This document shows, piece by piece, positions 60,803 to 64,000 of a stretch of 64,000 bases of DNA. How positions within the stretch are numbered: position 1 is the stretch's first letter; each line of letters starts with the position of its first letter. The translations under genes were made by a program, and so were the position numbers. This stretch comes from Lama guanicoe (Eukaryota). The stretch covers positions 1,951,130 to 2,015,129 of the forward strand of contig MU054391.1 in assembly GCA_013239625.1 (NCBI GenBank). The letters run 5' to 3'. The notes beneath the pieces were generated by a model. The model saw nothing but the letters and a program-made list of their open reading frames with translations, was not told the DNA's origin and made no database searches.

Positions 60803-60880
60803 ACCACAGCCTCTTTATGCAGCCATCTGTCAGTGGGCATTCAGGTTGTTCCATGTCTTGGCTGCTGTAAAAGATGCTGA
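60310..60880 (-). mobile_element. L1 3' end (ORF2 terminus and 3'UTR), antisense, with internal (GT)n at 60767-60797
   Basis: ttttggagtatagtc..tacaatggtgtgttagcttctggtgtgcagcatagtgattcagt. The minus-strand ORF shows EYYSAIKKKKIMPF. Confidence 0.92.
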
Positions 60881-62379
60881 AGTACCTATGATTTTTAAGG
60901 CACTGCATTTGGCACAAGAGAGGGTAAAGCTGAGTGAAACATCATCTTTATCCCTAAGTCATGTACATTCTACTTGATTCTTAAGGTAAGAGTTAAAAAA
61001 TGACTAGGTTAGTTGGTAGGTTGGGTCTTAGGGAAAAGATGAATAATCTAGATTGTAAGAAGTGGCTTAAATCATTAAAGCCACGACTAGAGACATGAGG
61101 CCCCTACAGAAAGAAGTGTTACTGCCCTAAGAGTTGTCAGAGATGTTCATAAGCTCCTGAATAAAATAAAAAAATATAAAAATAAAATAGAATAAATACA
61201 CTGATGAATTATTTGAAGACAAACAAGATAAATATAGGCATGTTCCAATTTATTTATGGGCTGGAATCTGGAAGCAAAATTAAGATTATATATTTTTTGA
61301 AGTGTCCCATTTAAAGACTTATTGCTAGTGTTCCTAACATTTGGAGCCTTTGTGGCTTCTCTGGGTCTATCATTATAGAAGCGTCTTCTGTAATAATTTA
61401 TGTAGTCATTTCCCATCAGTGTACACTATATATATTTTTTCTCCTCATAGGAAGAGATTTTCCTTTTGGGGTCTTGTCACAGAATTGCCGTTAACATCAC
61501 CAAGACCCTTCAAGAGCACAGCAGGACTCCTGAGAAGTGCCACTCAGGGGGGTCGTCAAAAAGAAAAAGTCGCGCTCAAGACCAACCCTGAAAAAGGATT
61601 AGTCTTTGCACATAATTAAATGCCGGCTAAAATTAGGTGGGATTGAAAAATACCTGTTGTTTGAGAAAGTTCGAAAATGATCACAGATCACTAAAGAATT
61701 AGGTAACTTGGAAATTCAGAACTCAATTCTCATAATTAGCTTAGAAGCAGAGAAACACATCTTTGTAACTGGTATGACAAGAGGAATAATTATCAGCATG
61801 TGGAGAGGAGTCCGCCCCTGCCGGAAAGGGATGGCTAATTACGGGAGCAGTTAAGTTGGGCCGACTCTGCCTTCCATTCTTTATCGGGCGGATCAGTTAC
61901 TTTCTCAAATGCTTTCCTGTAGGGTTTGCGGGAGGAAATACTTTCTGTGGCTTCAAGCCTAAACTGCTTTTGCGATAGCATTTTTGTTTTAAGCTTATGA
62001 TCCACTCTTAAAAAAACTGGCTCTTACTTAAGCCACTGTTCTAACGGTGTCAGCAAAGCTGTGTGCGGTGGATTTACACATGTGCAAGTGTTGTTCCAGC
62101 GCCCGGCTGTTTGCTGGTGAAAATTACTCTCTCCCTCTGAAGATTATTATAATAATCTTGGCTATCAGCGTAACTGGTGAAGATTCCCAATGTATCAAGC
62201 TTACAATTCTCCATAATCAGCAGATTATCACTGGATGCTGTCCTGTCTCATCATGTAGGACCAAAAAGTGCTTAAGGCAAACACCAGGCAGGAAGAGCTT
62301 TCTTTAAGGGGCAAATGATTAAACACCATACTCATCTCCAGTTGTTACCACTGCTTGAAATTATTCTTCCGTGCATGAC

Positions 62380-63960
62380 TTCAGGCTTATGAAATGCTGC
62401 CTAGAGCCTGTAACAGTCCCATCACTCGGATGCCTGGCTGGTAGGACAAAACGCAGTATAATGGTGTCTCCAGATACTTCACTAATAATCTTCTGAGAAG
62501 CAATGCTGTGGCGGTGTCATTCCATTGTCTTCAAGCTTCTGTTTTTGTCTTCCTTCGCGAAGCTGGCTGCCAGTCCTACCGAGGCTCTTTGAAGTCCTGT
62601 GCTTTCTCTTGACGCTTTGAAGGTTTGCTTCTGGTTTCCACGCTCAGCTCTGCCACGCCCGGGTTGTTTCTCTGTGCTTTTCCCACTGAGTCTCTTTGAC
62701 TTTGTCCTGTTACCTTTCCACGTTTCCAGGAGATCCTTGGTCCTTATCTTGCCGACTGTTGCTTGGCCTCTGTTTTCTCTCTCTGAGACTTCAGTCTCAC
62801 AGTGAGTGCGCCCCGCCGTCTTACCTGCCTCTCTTCTGTGAGCTTTCTTTTCTTCCGTGCTTCATTCTGCTGTTCATCTGGGGGCACTGACTACTTAGCT
62901 GCCTTGGCGACCACATTTTCTTCTTCTACAGCATTTACTATGCAGTTACATTCACTCATTGGGGCTGTGGACTCAGATATCAAATATTTTAGATCTAGAT
63001 CATCACCTAGACACCTTTTTACAGATTCAGATTGTGTAGTTAAACAATTTCCTGTCTCTTGCGTCTTTGGTTCCTCTGTTCCAGTGCTTTTGAATGCATT
63101 ACTCATTGTTCTTTTTTCATTAACTCCAGTATTTTGATCATGTTGGGGGTCTTCTCCTGTTGTTTCTTTTTATCTTCTTCTCTCATTTTTATTTATCTTT
63201 GACTTGTCTCTGCACATTTAGTCATTTCCAGTTATATTGCGGACAATGACAAGAATGACAATGGCAAAGGTCTATGGAGACTCCGCTGATGATTGCCTTC
63301 AAATTTGACATCTTGCAGGAAGACATGTCTGTTTTCAGAAGAAGCCTGTATTCCTGCTTGGTTCCTCTGTCATCCAGGAATGGCCTTTCCAGGAGCCAAA
63401 GCTGAAGTCTCACCTCTGGATGCCCACTGTCAACAGGTGCCCCACTCCAGTCTTTGTTGTGGACCATCTCGTGTTAATTCAACACTCCCTGTAGGGTTTT
63501 TGCTCGCTCGTGCTTTGCTTTCACGACTGTTCCCCGAACATCGCTGAGTCCCAGGTGGTATGAGAGTGCAGGCGGTTTTAGTCTGCCATCCGAATCTCTT
63601 AGCCCAGCCCTCTGGTCCCTGTGCAGCCTCAGGACTCAGCAAATGTCTTTAGTGAAAACCAGGTAGATACTCGAGGTTTTCCAATGTGTCACTCAGGACC
63701 TGCTTGACTATTAACTCCTTGCTGGTTTCTCTTTTCACCAGCAACAGCCTTCTCTCTGGGCCAAACCCAAATCTCCAGCCCTGCTCAAGGCTGGCAAACA
63801 GCTCACAGGGGAAAGAGCGGGTGTCATGAGCTCACCTCCAAGTGGGTCTCCTTTCCTGTAAAATTTAGTCCATCGCTTCCTTGTGGTTTTCAAAGTCCTC
63901 TAAATGCCTTGAAAATGTTATCTCTTAAGATATAGTTTATCACCTTTTTCTGTATCAGCA
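62380..63960 (-). mobile_element. Old L1M ORF1/5' relic (antisense)
   Basis: cattccattgtcttcaagcttctg..gaagctggctgccagtc..ctttgaaggtttgcttct, and terminal ttttcctgtaaaattt..tatagtttatc..tttttctgt. Confidence 0.55.
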
Positions 63961-64000
63961 GGAATGTTTGCCTGCTTCAACCTCCAACATGCGACCAGAA

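Noticed and set aside
62891..63106. Acidic, protein-like 71-aa minus-strand ORF
   Set aside because: Falls in the sense strand of an old L1 ORF1-region relic.
1..64000. tRNA, rRNA, snRNA, NUMT, endogenous viral ORFs, CRISPR or prokaryotic systems
   Set aside because: None recognised by eye. The sequence is consistently mammalian repeat-rich non-coding DNA.

Overview
Mammalian, GC-rich (subtelomere-like) intronic or intergenic DNA. It carries eutherian repeats: MIR, L2, old L1M relics, MLT1 solo LTRs, MER5 and MER58 DNA transposons, and several younger L1 3' ends of a cetartiodactyl type. I saw no Alu, Bov-A/BovB, PRE1 or Can-SINE, so a camelid is my inferred best guess. I recognise no protein-coding gene: the ORF track is chance ORFs plus decayed L1 ORF2 peptides. 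A few segments with good splice signals may be exons of unidentified transcripts. The most notable observations are (1) a TSD-flanked chimeric retro-insertion joining an L1 fragment to a ~167-bp non-L1 segment with an A-tail, (2) old TE relics locally rewritten AT->GC into CpG-rich patches, suggesting GC-biased gene conversion, (3) an L1 with a twin-priming 5' inversion, (4) nested insertions with visible TSDs, and (5) a CACCTG-box array next to a consensus CTCF site. Repeat family names come from recalled consensus sequences and boundaries are approximate. I cannot support a claim of a wholly new biological system.
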